DNA of 64,000 nt from Vulcanimicrobiota bacterium (GTDB lineage: Bacteria > Vulcanimicrobiota > Vulcanimicrobiia > Vulcanimicrobiales > Vulcanimicrobiaceae): positions 288,001 through 352,000 of the forward strand of contig CAWGBN010000002.1 in NCBI GenBank assembly GCA_963820825.1. Reading direction: 5' to 3'. Below the pieces are notes generated by a model that had not been told where the DNA came from, did not search any database, and saw only the letters and a list, made by a program, of their open reading frames with translations. Below, one piece after another: positions 52,300 through 62,445 of this stretch. The position numbers and the translations under genes are program-made. How positions within the stretch are numbered: position 1 is the stretch's first letter; every line of letters starts with the position of its first letter.

Positions 52300-52535
52300 G
52301 ACTTAGGCTGCACATGGCTGCACCCAAATCGCGACGGCACAAAAGACAAACCCCTGCAAAGGAGCCTTATTTTGCAGGGGTTTTCAAACACTCCGGATGC
52401 TGGACTCGAACCAGCGACCCGCTGATTAACAGGACTTTACAACGTCACGGTTCCATGCGGTTTCTCGACAGACTCGCCTTCTCTGGCTCTCATGTTTCCA
52501 CGATTTCTCACCTATTGGCTGCACAATGGCTGCAC
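52300..52535. repeat. attP-like junction: GGCTGCAC x2, hairpin, 42-bp tRNA-Asn core (52391-52432), TGGCTGCAC x2
   Basis: 52300-52327 identical to 63650-63677; core identical to 63718-63759. Confidence 0.9.
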
Positions 52536-52613
52536 AACAGTTCAACGAATCGAAAACCCCGCGCCCCTGGTTAACAACCAACGTAACACCGTTTTCTACG
52601 TCGCAGCTCCCAA

Positions 52614-53189
52614 TCAGGGCACAAGCCCAGGTGAAGCTGCCGCACCAGCTGGGTCAGTGATGCCGTAGCTGCTTCCTAGAGTCGAGACTAGATCGCCAGA
52701 AGGATAATCGAGGACGTCGACGGTGCTTAAATCGGCCACAAACAACAATTTGCCGTCTTTGGAAAGCGAAGGGCGATAGCAATCTTCGAAGCCCTTGTAG
52801 CGCCTATTAACGCGGTTAAATGGAGGCTTGATAAGGTCAAGCGTGCTCTTGCCCCCTGGCCTGCCTTGATCGCAAACCAGAAGCATTACCACTCCCGTCA
52901 AAGATAAGGCCCCCGGCAAAATGAAACGCCGCCCCCAGGAATATCGGCGTTGTCGAACCCGCTGGAAATTCTTTAATGCGCCGGCGCCTGTCACGTGGCT
53001 ATTGTACGAAACGTACAGGTCACCGTTTGTGTCGACGGCGACGCCCTGGGGTGCGCCGCCCACTATGTACTGACTCTTGATGCTCTGGCTGCACTGGGAA
53101 TAGCTATACACGTATCCGTACCCACCGTAATTATAGTCGGCGGCATAGACATTCCCCGAGCGATCGACCGTCACAGCGATGGGATCCAC
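52614..53189 (-). pseudogene. Beta-propeller lipoprotein-family fragment lacking its N-terminus
   Basis: VTVDRSGNVY, GVAVDTNGDLYV, VLDYPSG..V.TLG; apparent internal indels. Confidence 0.6.
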
Positions 53190-53393
53190 GACGCCCGCGT
53201 AGTAGCTGCACGACGGCGCTGAAGCACCTGGCGGAGACGTCGGCCCGAGACGTCGTCGCCGTGTAGATGCGACAGACTCGCGTTTGCGCTCTCAGGTGTT
53301 CAATAGGCGCAAGTGAGCGTCTCGTCGGGCCTGACGCGTAGCGCAAAGTCCCGACCGTCAAGCGCGACGGGTTTCGAGGTCAGCGGCCCGATT

Positions 53394-54598
53394 TTAGAAG
53401 CTATGGAGCCAGTTCTCGGTCCCGGCGGTCGTCATGCTAAATACCGTGCCGTGACCGTTGGCGCCCCCATTTACCGTAGTACCGTAGAGTACGCCGCCGA
53501 CATTTAGCAGCGTCCCCGTGGGGTTGGCGCCGTCTGGGCCGCCGAAATTATAGAGCACGTGATACGTGCCGGTCGGCGTGATAGAGAAGAATACTCCGTC
53601 ATCGTGCGTGCCACCCCTTACAGTTGTGCCGTAGAACGTATTTCCGACATCAGCTAGGCCCCCACCAGGATAATTACCATCCCATCCGCCGGCGAAAGGA
53701 TGCAGTAGCTGAAACGTTCCGGTCGTGCTGATCCTGAAAATACTGCCGTAGAGGCTGCAGTTGTCCCCAAATGCCGTCCCGTAGAGCCACTGACCATGCT
53801 TAATCATTGTTCCGGTGGGGTTATCGCCATAGCCTCCGCCGGGGAAACTGTAGAGAACCGTCTCTATCCCGGACGGGGTCAGAGAGAATATCGTTCCGCA
53901 GTCAGAGGTACCGCCGTTTTCCGTCGTTCCGTACAGCGTACCATTGTCTTTGGTCAAGCCACTCGCCGGCCCGTAGGCATCGGGAAAGTCTTGAAAACTC
54001 CAGAGCAAGCTCTCGGGACCGCCGGCGGGCATCTGAAAAACCGCCCCATAGTTCATCGATCCTCCGAACGAGGTGACACCGTAGAACGTCCCGTTTTGCA
54101 CGACCAGACTGCCGTTGTTTGGCCACTGGCCGTCGGACGGGGCACCCTGAAAACTGTGCTTCACCGTTTCGACACCGGAGGTCGTAACCCGAAAAACGGT
54201 TCCAAGATTCTGAGTGCCGCCTCCTGAGGTAGTGCCCCACAGCGCGTTGCCGCGTTGCACGAGACCTGCAGGGGGTCCCGCGCCGTCCGGTGTTCCTTGG
54301 AAGCTGTAGACTATGTTCTCTACGCCCGTCGTCGTAATGGAGAACACGCTGCCCAGGTTGTGGCTGCCTCCAGAAGACGTCGTTCCGTAGAGAACCCCTC
54401 CGACATCGATTAACCCTGCTCTCGGACTGGCTCCATCGGTCGATGGCGTCACGCGATGGTGTCCCGCAAGGGACTTCTGATCCCCACGTTCGGCCGTCCC
54501 ACATTCATACTTGTCGTCGGCGGGCCCGCATTCGAACCGCAATCGGTCAAACCAAGCCCAATCAAAACCAGCAGCACGCCTACAAGACTCTTAGCCAT
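53394..54598 (-). pseudogene. GloVer-type repeat lipoprotein, frameshifted after the signal peptide
   Basis: ATG 54598 gives MAKSLVGVLLVLIGLGLTDC; repeats lie in ORF 53394..54542 in another frame. Confidence 0.7.
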
Positions 54599-55077
54599 GC
54601 CTTTAATCCTTCCGCCGACCCCGTAGTCGGCTTAAGCTCCTAGTAGTAGCGCAGTATCTGTTCGCGTCCGGTGCTTGTAACCTTGCAAACCTCGCCGCGG
54701 CGTTCGATTGGATTCGCTCCTACTCGTCACCGGCGAAAGTCAGAGCACTCTGTATGGTTGTTGGCTCAGTGGCGCCCGCCCAATCAAGCATGAGCGGCCG
54801 TTTGAACGAGAAGTCCGATGCTACCGCAACACCATGTTGCCGATAGAAAGCGGCGCGCCGTTGATTGTCTTCCTTCAGTGGCAAAACCGCGACCTTGATC
54901 ATGAACGCTGCGTAGCGCTCCGCGCTAAGAGATGACATGTATCGAGCCTCGGCTTCTGCGTTCTCAAAACTCTGCACGTCCCTCGGTGAAATTACAAATG
55001 CGAGGACTGACGTGAGGTGAGAAAACGGCTCAAGTTGAAACTGTGAGTTCCGGGCCTCTGGCCCTAAGGAGACTCAC

Positions 55078-55374
55078 GTGAAAAAGACTCGCTTCACCGA
55101 AGCGCAGATCGTCGCGATCCTCAAAGAGCTCGACGCCGGCACGACCGCGACGGAGCTTGGTCGCCGGCACGGAATTCATGCCAATACGATCCGCCTGTGG
55201 CGCGATAAGTACGCCGGGATGCAAACCAGCGATCTGGTGCGCATGAAACAGCTCGAGGCCGAGAACACGCAGATGCGGCGAATCATCACCCGCCAAGCCC
55301 TCGAGATCGACGCCGTCAGGGAGCTGATCTCAAAAAACGGCTGGGGCCCGAGCAGCGCAAAGAAGCGGTCGTAG
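55078..55374 (+). CDS. IS3 OrfA
   Basis: KKTRFTEAQIVAILKE HTH; slippery AAAAAAC at 55332-55338. Confidence 0.85.
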   Translation: MKKTRFTEAQIVAILKELDAGTTATELGRRHGIHANTIRLWRDKYAGMQTSDLVRMKQLEAENTQMRRIITRQALEIDAVRELISKNGWGPSSAKKRS

Positions 55375-55376
55375 CG

Positions 55377-55890
55377 TTGCACACCAAGGGCCTGTCCACG
55401 TTCCGGGCTTGCGCTATCGTTGCGCAGCCCTACCGATCGCTGTTCAACAAGAAAAAGGCTGAAAAGCGCGCAGACACGCGGCTGAAGGAATGCATCGGCA
55501 AACATGCGCAGCAGCGGCCGCGGTTCGGCTGGCGCCGGCTGTTGATCCTTGCGCGCCGTGAAATACCTGGCACCGGGGAGTACCGATTTCGAAGGCTTTA
55601 TAAGGCTCTTGGGCTTCAAGTACGGCCTCGAAAGAAGCGCAAGGTCAACTACGTCCGCGGAAACGCGATTTCGACCGTTAGTCGCCCCAACGAACGGTGG
55701 TCGATCGACTTCATGCACGACAGTCTTGGGAACGGCCGGGCCTACCGTACGATGAACATCGTTGACGACTTCACGAGCGAATGCCTCGCTTTGGAGCCGG
55801 CGTTCTCGTTTGGTTCTCATGATGTGACGCGTTGCTTCGAGGAGATCGCGTTCGAACGCGGCTTGCCGGCCGCCGTGCGTTTTGACAACG
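55377..55890 (+). pseudogene. IS3 OrfB (rve) N-terminal part; continues at 57447-57523, 58899-59074 and 60348-60363
   Basis: WSIDF, IVDDFTSECL, VRFDN|GPEFTS...FIEPG|KPTQNAKIES...TPLE|YANKF*. Confidence 0.85.
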
Positions 55891-57446
55891 AGCTAAGTAC
55901 GAAAGTCAACCCCACTAGTAGGCATAACGATGCCCGTCGACAGCAAAGCCGAGCTTGCACACCCTTGCCGAGATGCCCCTCGACGACGCAATAGCTCCAA
56001 CCATGATGACACAAGGTCTCGGAAACGAGCCTTCACCGAGCTCAAAACGGAGTTTGCTGCCGATCGGGAGATCCGAGCATTATCTACGAGGTCGTAGTCG
56101 CCTCAACGGCCCAGCGAAGGGATTCTCCCGTCGTGCACCGCCGCTTCGAAATAGTGGCGGTACTCTTTTCCAGATTTGATCAAGCCGTAAGCGACGCGCG
56201 CAATCTTCGCTGCTACGGCGACATACGCTCTTCTTTTGAGATCGGCATCCAGTGGATCGCGACGAACGTAGTCGTCGTACTTTTTCCGAAACGAGTTTCG
56301 GCGCTGATTGATGGCAGCATTGGCTGCCATCCAGAAGGCCCATCGCAGTCGAGCATTGCCGCGTTTGGAGAGCTGCGGTCGGCCGCGTGACGTTCCGGAT
56401 TGCATCGTCGACAAAGAAAGGCCACAGTAGTTAAGAAATTTGCGATGGTGGCTGAAGCGGCGTAAATCTCCGCCTTCAGCGAGAACCGTTAGAGCAACAA
56501 TAGGGCCGATTCCAGGGATAGAGCGCAGGCGCTGATAATCGATGTTGTTCTCGAGTTGTGCGTCAATGAGCTCCTGAAGCTGCCGTCGAAGCTTCATGAG
56601 GCCGATGTACTGCTCAATCGCGAGTTGGAACATCTGGGCGGCCTGCGAATCCGCCGCCACTGGAATTCCCACGCTTTCCTTGGCAATTTCGTAGTAGCTG
56701 GCGACGAGACTTTGCCGAGATGTAAAATGCCCTCCCGCTGCAGTAAACCTTTTGACGAATGTCCTTTTGGTATATTGAAGGACCGTGGAAGGGCATGGCG
56801 CTATGCGCATGACCTCCAAGAACCACTCGCCGCGCGGATTGCTCAGGAAGGGCTCTGCTTCCGGGAAGTACAGCGGCAAATAGTGCGTCATCAGCGAATG
56901 GTAGGCTCGCGTCTTTCGGTCGGTGATCTGCCGATAGGTACCGAGCAGTTCCTGAAGATCTTGGTTGCCACGTTGCAGTGGATCGGCGAACACCTGCGTT
57001 GTACCGCTCTTGAGCAAATGCAGAATCACCTGCGCATCCTTCGGATCGTTTTTATCCCACGAGTTGAACAGCGCTTCTCTCGTCCGATTTGTAGCGATCG
57101 ACGATACGAAATGAACGCGGTGGCCTCGCCGGAGCAAGAAGTTCGCCAGGGGTCGGTGATAGTCTCCGGTTGGTTCCAGCGCGACCTCGCAGGGAAGATG
57201 CGGCGCCAGAATCCCTGCCAACTCGTCGAAACCTTCTTGCGTGTTTGGAACTGTCAAACGCCGGCGAATGCCGGCCTCGTCCTCCAGCAGCGCCACGTGT
57301 CGGTTTTTGGCGACGTCGATTGCGAGCCAGGCGGGCGTCGTTGGAGCAGCACGGAACTTTGCCATAGGGTCGTTGCCTCCAGCGGAGATGAGTCAGATAC
57401 ACCTCCGTTCGCCATGGGGGCAGCGCCCCGTCTTGTATGTATCACG
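55891..57446 (-). mobile_element. IS110-family element
   Basis: Removing it restores GAC AAC GGC CCA GAG of the IS3 gene; ACG core at both ends; no terminal IRs. Confidence 0.9.
56103..57365 (-). CDS. IS110-family DEDD recombinase/transposase
   Basis: AIDVAK, LEPTG, KNDPKDA, IPGIG, CGL...QSG, SKRGNARLR. Confidence 0.92.
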   Translation of the reverse strand: MAKFRAAPTTPAWLAIDVAKNRHVALLEDEAGIRRRLTVPNTQEGFDELAGILAPHLPCEVALEPTGDYHRPLANFLLRRGHRVHFVSSIATNRTREALFNSWDKNDPKDAQVILHLLKSGTTQVFADPLQRGNQDLQELLGTYRQITDRKTRAYHSLMTHYLPLYFPEAEPFLSNPRGEWFLEVMRIAPCPSTVLQYTKRTFVKRFTAAGGHFTSRQSLVASYYEIAKESVGIPVAADSQAAQMFQLAIEQYIGLMKLRRQLQELIDAQLENNIDYQRLRSIPGIGPIVALTVLAEGGDLRRFSHHRKFLNYCGLSLSTMQSGTSRGRPQLSKRGNARLRWAFWMAANAAINQRRNSFRKKYDDYVRRDPLDADLKRRAYVAVAAKIARVAYGLIKSGKEYRHYFEAAVHDGRIPSLGR

Positions 57447-57523
57447 GCCCAGAGTTTACGAGTCGCGCGATGCTGCAATGGGGTGCAGAGCAGAAAGTCC
57501 ATCTACACTTCATCGAACCCGGC

Positions 57524-58890
57524 GATTACGTCCCGGCGCGTGGTGTATGAACTGCGACCCCGACGAAGTGGGCGATCAGCTGATAACGGCCGAAAGCCTG
57601 GCGATCTGATTGTCGCTTACGGCGTTCATTCCTTCGAGCTGCATGTACCGCCGCTGCAACTGCCATTCATCGTTCTGTTCCAGCAGCAGCGCACCGACGA
57701 GTCGTACGATCGCGGCCTCGTTGGGAAAGATGCCGACGACGTCAGTCCGGCGTTTGATCTCGGCGTTGATGCGCTCGAGCGGGTTGGTTGAAGCGAGTTG
57801 TTTGCGGTGGGCTTTGGGAAAGGCCATGAAGGCGAGAACGTCTTCTTCGGAATCGTCCAACATCGCTGAGAGCTTGGGAAACTTCTCGCGGAGTTGATCG
57901 GCGACGGTGCGCCATTGTTGGTGCGCCGCCTCGGCCGTTTCTTGAGCGAACACCGTATTGATCAGCGCACGAACCATTTCTCGCTGCCCTTTGCCGGCGT
58001 GGGCTAGCGCGTTGCGCATGAAGTGCACGCGGCAGCGCTGCCACGTCGCCTTGAAGACTTTGGCGATCGCGGCTTTGAGACCGATGTGGCGAATCGGAGA
58101 TCACGAACTTGACGCCACGCAGTCCGCGCCGTCTCAGGCTTCTGAGAAACTCGCGTCCAGAACGGCTCGGCTTCGCTGGGACCCGTCGCCAAGCCTAAAA
58201 GCTCGCGCGTACCGTCGGTATTGACGCCAACGGCCAGTATTACGGCGACCGAAACGATGCGGCCCGACGCGCGCACTTTCACGTACGTCGCGTCGATCCA
58301 CAGATACGGCCAGTCGCCCTCGATCGGCCGATTGAGAAACGCTTGCACGCGCTCGTCGATCTCGCTGCACAAGCGCGAGACTGGCTCTTGGAGATCCCCG
58401 TCATCCCCAGTGCCTTCACCAGTTCGTCAACCGAGCGGGTTGAGATGCCCTGAATATACGCTTCCTGGATCACCGCCGTCAGCGCTTTCTCGGCCGTGCG
58501 ACGAGGCTCCAGGAAGCCAGGGAAATAGCTGCCCTTGCGCAGCTTAGGGATGCGCAGATCGACTGCGCCGGTGCGCGTTTCCCAGAGCCGGTCGCGATAC
58601 CCGTTGCGGCAGTTCTCGCGAGGAGCGGCTCGCTCGCCATAGGCGGCGCCGCAGAGGGCCTCCACGTCCATCTCCATGAGTTTCTGGGCGGCGAGATGAA
58701 GCATGTCGCGCACGAGATCGACGTCGGGGCCCTTTTCAGCGAGCTCCGTAAGTGCGATACTGGTCTTGGCCATTGTGGGTTCCTTTCGTCGGTAGTTTCT
58801 TTGCAAAAACAACCTTCGCCGAAAGCCACGATGGCCGCTCTCTATCCTATGAGGGCGGCCCCTTCATACACCACGCCCTGGGACACGATC
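57524..58890 (-). mobile_element. IS256-family element
   Basis: 27-bp imperfect IRs; 8-bp target duplication AACCCGGC (57516-57523 and 58891-58898). Confidence 0.9.
57576..58773 (-). pseudogene. IS256 transposase, frameshifted
   Basis: [53 protein letters not shown] across three frames. Confidence 0.85.
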
Positions 58891-59162
58891 AACCCGGCAA
58901 ACCAACGCAAAACGCCAAGATCGAATCGCTAAACGGCCCGATCCGAGACGAGCTGCTCAATGCCCACGTTTCACGACGATCTAAACGAGGCGCGGGCGCT
59001 TGCCGCAGTTGGAGAAAGGACTATAACGAGGTCCGGCCGCACTCGTCTCTCGGCGGCTTGACGCCGCTGGAGTAAGAGGTGGCCTCGGTTAGTCGGACAG
59101 CCTGATATGTGATGATTTCGCTCCCTCTGGGTCGAAAAGATCCGTGAAAAGGAGCAGTCATC

Positions 59163-59462
59163 TTGAAACGTTCTCGCCGCAACCACACGCCGGCCTTCAA
59201 GGCTAAGGTGGCGATCGCCGCGATCAAGGGCGATCAGACCGTCGCCGAGCTCGCCAAGCGCTTCGACGTCCATCCGAATTCGATCGTGCAGTGGAAAACC
59301 CAACTGCTCGAGCGAGCCGATGAAGCCTTCGATGGCGACGGACCAAAGCAGAACGGCCCCGATATCAAAGAGCTTCACGCCAAGATCGGCCAGTTAGCGC
59401 TGGAGAACGATTTTTTAGAACACGCGCTCGGACGTATCGACGGGTCGAGCGCAAAGCGATGA
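59163..59462 (+). CDS. IS3 OrfA (inner element)
   Basis: RRNHTPAFKAKVA..., KIGQLALENDFL; slippery TTTTTTA near 59411. Confidence 0.85.
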   Translation: MKRSRRNHTPAFKAKVAIAAIKGDQTVAELAKRFDVHPNSIVQWKTQLLERADEAFDGDGPKQNGPDIKELHAKIGQLALENDFLEHALGRIDGSSAKR

Positions 59463-60284
59463 TCGATCGCGACCACGCTTTGCCGCTCTCGCATCAAGCG
59501 GAGCTGCTGGACCTCTCTCGCAGCGGTCTTTACTACGGAGCCGTACCGGTCTCGGGCAGCGGATCTCGAACTCATGCGTGAGATCGATCGGCTGCACACC
59601 GACTACCCGTTCGCCGGCGCAAGAATGCTGCGCGACTTCCTGCGGCTCAGGGGCTATCGTGTCGGCCGCCGGCATATCGCGCGGCTGATGCGCCTGATGG
59701 GCATTGAAGCGCTCTATCGCAAGAAGAAAGGCACCAAGACCAATCCGGAGCACCCCGTCTTCCCCTACCTTCTTAGAAACCTCGTCATCGAACGCCCGAA
59801 TCACGTCTGGGCAGCGGATATCTCGTACATTCCGATGCGCCGCGGTTTCTTGTATTTGTTCGCGGTACTCGACTGGGCAACGCGACGGGTTCTGGCTTGG
59901 CGGCTCTCCAACAGCTTGACGACGGATTTCTGCATCGATGCCGTCGAGGAGGCGATCGCAAAGTACGGCTGTCCTGAAATCTTCAACACCGATCAAGGAT
60001 GCCAATTCACCGACAAGGATTTCGTCGGCATGCTCAAGACTACGAGATCGCGATCAGCATGGACGGCCGGGGCGCCTGGCGCGACAACGTCTTCGTCGAA
60101 CGCTTCTGGCGCTCGATTAAGTACGAAGAGGTCTATTTGCGTGCTTACGACTCTGCGAGCGAGGGTAAGCACTTCATCGGCCGCTACGATCGATTCTATA
60201 ACGCAAACCGACCGCATTCGTCGCTCGGCGGCCAAACGCCGGACGCGGTATACTTCAGTCAGGCCGACCAAAAAGGCGGCGTAA
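59459..60284 (+). CDS. IS3 OrfB (inner element) with apparent indels
   Basis: WAADISYI, FNTDQGCQF, DNVFVERFWRSIKYE. Confidence 0.8.
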
Positions 60285-60413
60285 CTGGCGGAGTCATCAC
60301 ATAACGGGTGCCGATTTCGTGTCCAAAAAACCGGCGCCACCTCTGTATGCGAACAAGTTCTAAAATGACACCTGCTCACAGTTCCTCCTTATGCTAAAGA
60401 CCACCTCACGTCA

Positions 60414-60620
60414 GAGCCGCCATCTTGTTTCCAACCAGAGCCTGGATAGGGGTAGATTGGCATAAGTGCCATGCCGCTTTGCAAAATCGCGAGTGCCTCA
60501 GTAACCGTAAGGTCGCCATCGGTCCAGCCATGATACGGTACGTAGCGTAAGCGACATTTGTACTTGCTGGCAAGCGAACTGATCCTTCCCGTGCTGAGGT
60601 TATACAGAACGCGTGTCGTT
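60414..60620 (-). pseudogene. Possible DUF1906-like gene fragment truncated by the IS3 end
   Basis: Minus frame reads LRYVP...DLTVTEA..ILQSGMALMPI...GW up to the IS boundary. Confidence 0.4.
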
Positions 60621-60739
60621 CCAGCTCAGATCTTTACGATTCCTTGAAGGTTTCACTGTAGAGTTAGCCTAACGGCTAGGCGCGTGGACGCTTTTGAGCC
60701 CCACGACTGCGTAGCGACCGATTCAGAAGGAGATTAGCT

Positions 60740-61720
60740 GTGCGATTTCATCTGCTAGCCAGCCTGGTTATCGCCGCAGCATTTGCCGGATGCTCGAGCG
60801 CGCAACTACAACGCGGAAACCCGGCGCTGCCGAGTTCGCCGTCAAAAAGCGTGCCGGCCGCCATCGGGCCGACGCCCGCGCCCATAGCGACGGCAAGTTG
60901 GGAGGACAGCATCTTTGTGGTCGACACCGGTGTCCCCGCCGTCAAGCTCTTTGCGCGCGGAACGTGGGCAGCCAATGGATCGTTCACCAATGGTGTGGCC
61001 AGTCCGTACGGCATCTGGAGTGATCAGAAATATCTCTACGTACCGAACAGTATCAACAATGGCGCGAACGTAGAGGAGTATCGCCCCGACGATACGACTC
61101 CAATTTTTACCTATACGAACGGCCTCTCGGGCAACGCGATTAATGTTTCGACTCAGGACCTTGGCGGGGTTCACTACGTGTTCGTCGTCGTTGGCAGTAC
61201 CGGCTTCGGTAACGGCTACGTTCGGCAGTTTCGTCGTGACACGAATACGGTCATAGCGACGTGCACGCCTAACGGCCAGGGGCAGTTTGGAGTTGCTGGC
61301 GTTGCGGTCGACCCCAACGGCAACGTATTTGTTTCGTACTACGGCTCCGACAGCTCTACGCACATTGTCGAGTACGTTGGGGGCCTGGGCGGATGCGCTC
61401 AAACTCCGCTGATCACGCTACCGACAGAGGGAGCAGATATGGTTCTAGATCATGCCGGTAGGCTGGTCCTTTGCGACGGTGTAAGCACCTGCGACATCAT
61501 CAATCCGCCGTATACGAGCATATCAGGGACGCTCGGCTCCGGCTTCGATGCTCCATTTTATGTTACGATAAATGCAACTAACCAACTCGCCTACGTGACC
61601 GACGGCTTAGGCGTTCACGTCCTCAGCTATCCCAGCGGCGCGCCGCTACATACAATCGGTGCTTCTGCTGGCCTACATAATCCCGTCGGCGTCGTAGATT
61701 GGTTCAACTACGGTTTTTGA
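60740..61720 (+). CDS. Beta-propeller lipoprotein
   Basis: RBS AAGGAG, lipobox FAGC, GVAVDPNGNVFV; paralog of 62446..63471. Confidence 0.8.
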   Translation: MRFHLLASLVIAAAFAGCSSAQLQRGNPALPSSPSKSVPAAIGPTPAPIATASWEDSIFVVDTGVPAVKLFARGTWAANGSFTNGVASPYGIWSDQKYLYVPNSINNGANVEEYRPDDTTPIFTYTNGLSGNAINVSTQDLGGVHYVFVVVGSTGFGNGYVRQFRRDTNTVIATCTPNGQGQFGVAGVAVDPNGNVFVSYYGSDSSTHIVEYVGGLGGCAQTPLITLPTEGADMVLDHAGRLVLCDGVSTCDIINPPYTSISGTLGSGFDAPFYVTINATNQLAYVTDGLGVHVLSYPSGAPLHTIGASAGLHNPVGVVDWFNYGF

Positions 61721-62082
61721 TCCGCCGCGGCCGTTTGCGTTGGCCAATCGAACTCGGGGCAGGCAACAATGCTGCTCCAAATGCTCTGCCGCGGCAACAC
61801 CGGCGCGCGCGAACCAAACCCGGAAGTGAGCGACGTGGAAGCGCCGCGCGACCAGAAGTGTTTCAACGTGCGCGCCCGTAGCCTCAAACTGTATAGAGCA
61901 GGGACTCCTAAAGCCTTAGAGCGTAGCCGTGCGTAGTCGCCGACGGTGCAAAAGCCCGTAAAGTACCCGCTTTTTCGGACGCCACCGGCAGCGCTGACGC
62001 CTTAGGGGCCTTAGGGCAACCAACCAGTCGCGTCGAACATCTTAGGGCGCTGATCCGTTCCGGGAGCTAGGAGGCACGGCCC

Positions 62083-62367
62083 ATGAGAAGGTTCGCACTC
62101 AATCGCTTCGCTCTAACCATGATCGTCGCGGGTGCATTCCTCGCGAGCTGCGACGGATCGCAACCGCAGATCGGCGCACCTGGCGCGACGAACCTGCCCA
62201 TTGTCAATCGTGAGCGAAAGCGTTCCCGAACGTTGAGCTATTCGGGAAGCCCACAAAGCTTCAACGTGCCGTTCGCGCGCTGGTACCCGTATCTCCACCT
62301 ATTTCCGGCGGCGTCAGTGCTGCCGGCGCTCGCCGCTGCCAGAGGCGAAGTCTTTATTATTTCTTGA
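62083..62367 (+). pseudogene. Truncated lipoprotein (N-terminus of the Gly-rich family)
   Basis: RBS AGGAGG, lipobox LASC, YSGSPQSFNVP like 15099..15893, then similarity stops. Confidence 0.55.
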
Positions 62368-62445
62368 CTATTGTGAGGTAGCTTTAGCTGTTAAGCAAAC
62401 AGGCGCCATTTAGGCCCCGACGCTAGCTTCTATCGGGAGTGGCTC

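Larger units (their letters stand above)
50361..52432. mobile_element. 2072-bp integrase-less att-bounded unit
   Basis: Bounded by two identical 42-bp tRNA cores, with GGCTGCAC tandem repeats inside both ends. Confidence 0.75.
59075..60344 (+). mobile_element. Second IS3-family element
   Basis: 25-bp imperfect IRs starting AGAGGTGGC; 3-bp target duplication GTA. Confidence 0.9.
55008..60413 (+). mobile_element. Outer IS3-family element, interrupted three times
   Basis: Terminal IRs TGACGTGAGGTG...AACTGTGAG and its reverse complement; OrfA and OrfB pieces rejoin in order. Confidence 0.9.

Noticed and set aside
50319..52432. Additional functional tRNA genes
   Set aside because: The copies lack the 5' acceptor strand, D-arm and 5' anticodon stem.
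52314..52574. Similar small ORFs at 52314, 50188 and 43767 (GCWTRTSDPLINR)
   Set aside because: They are translations of the non-coding att repeat.
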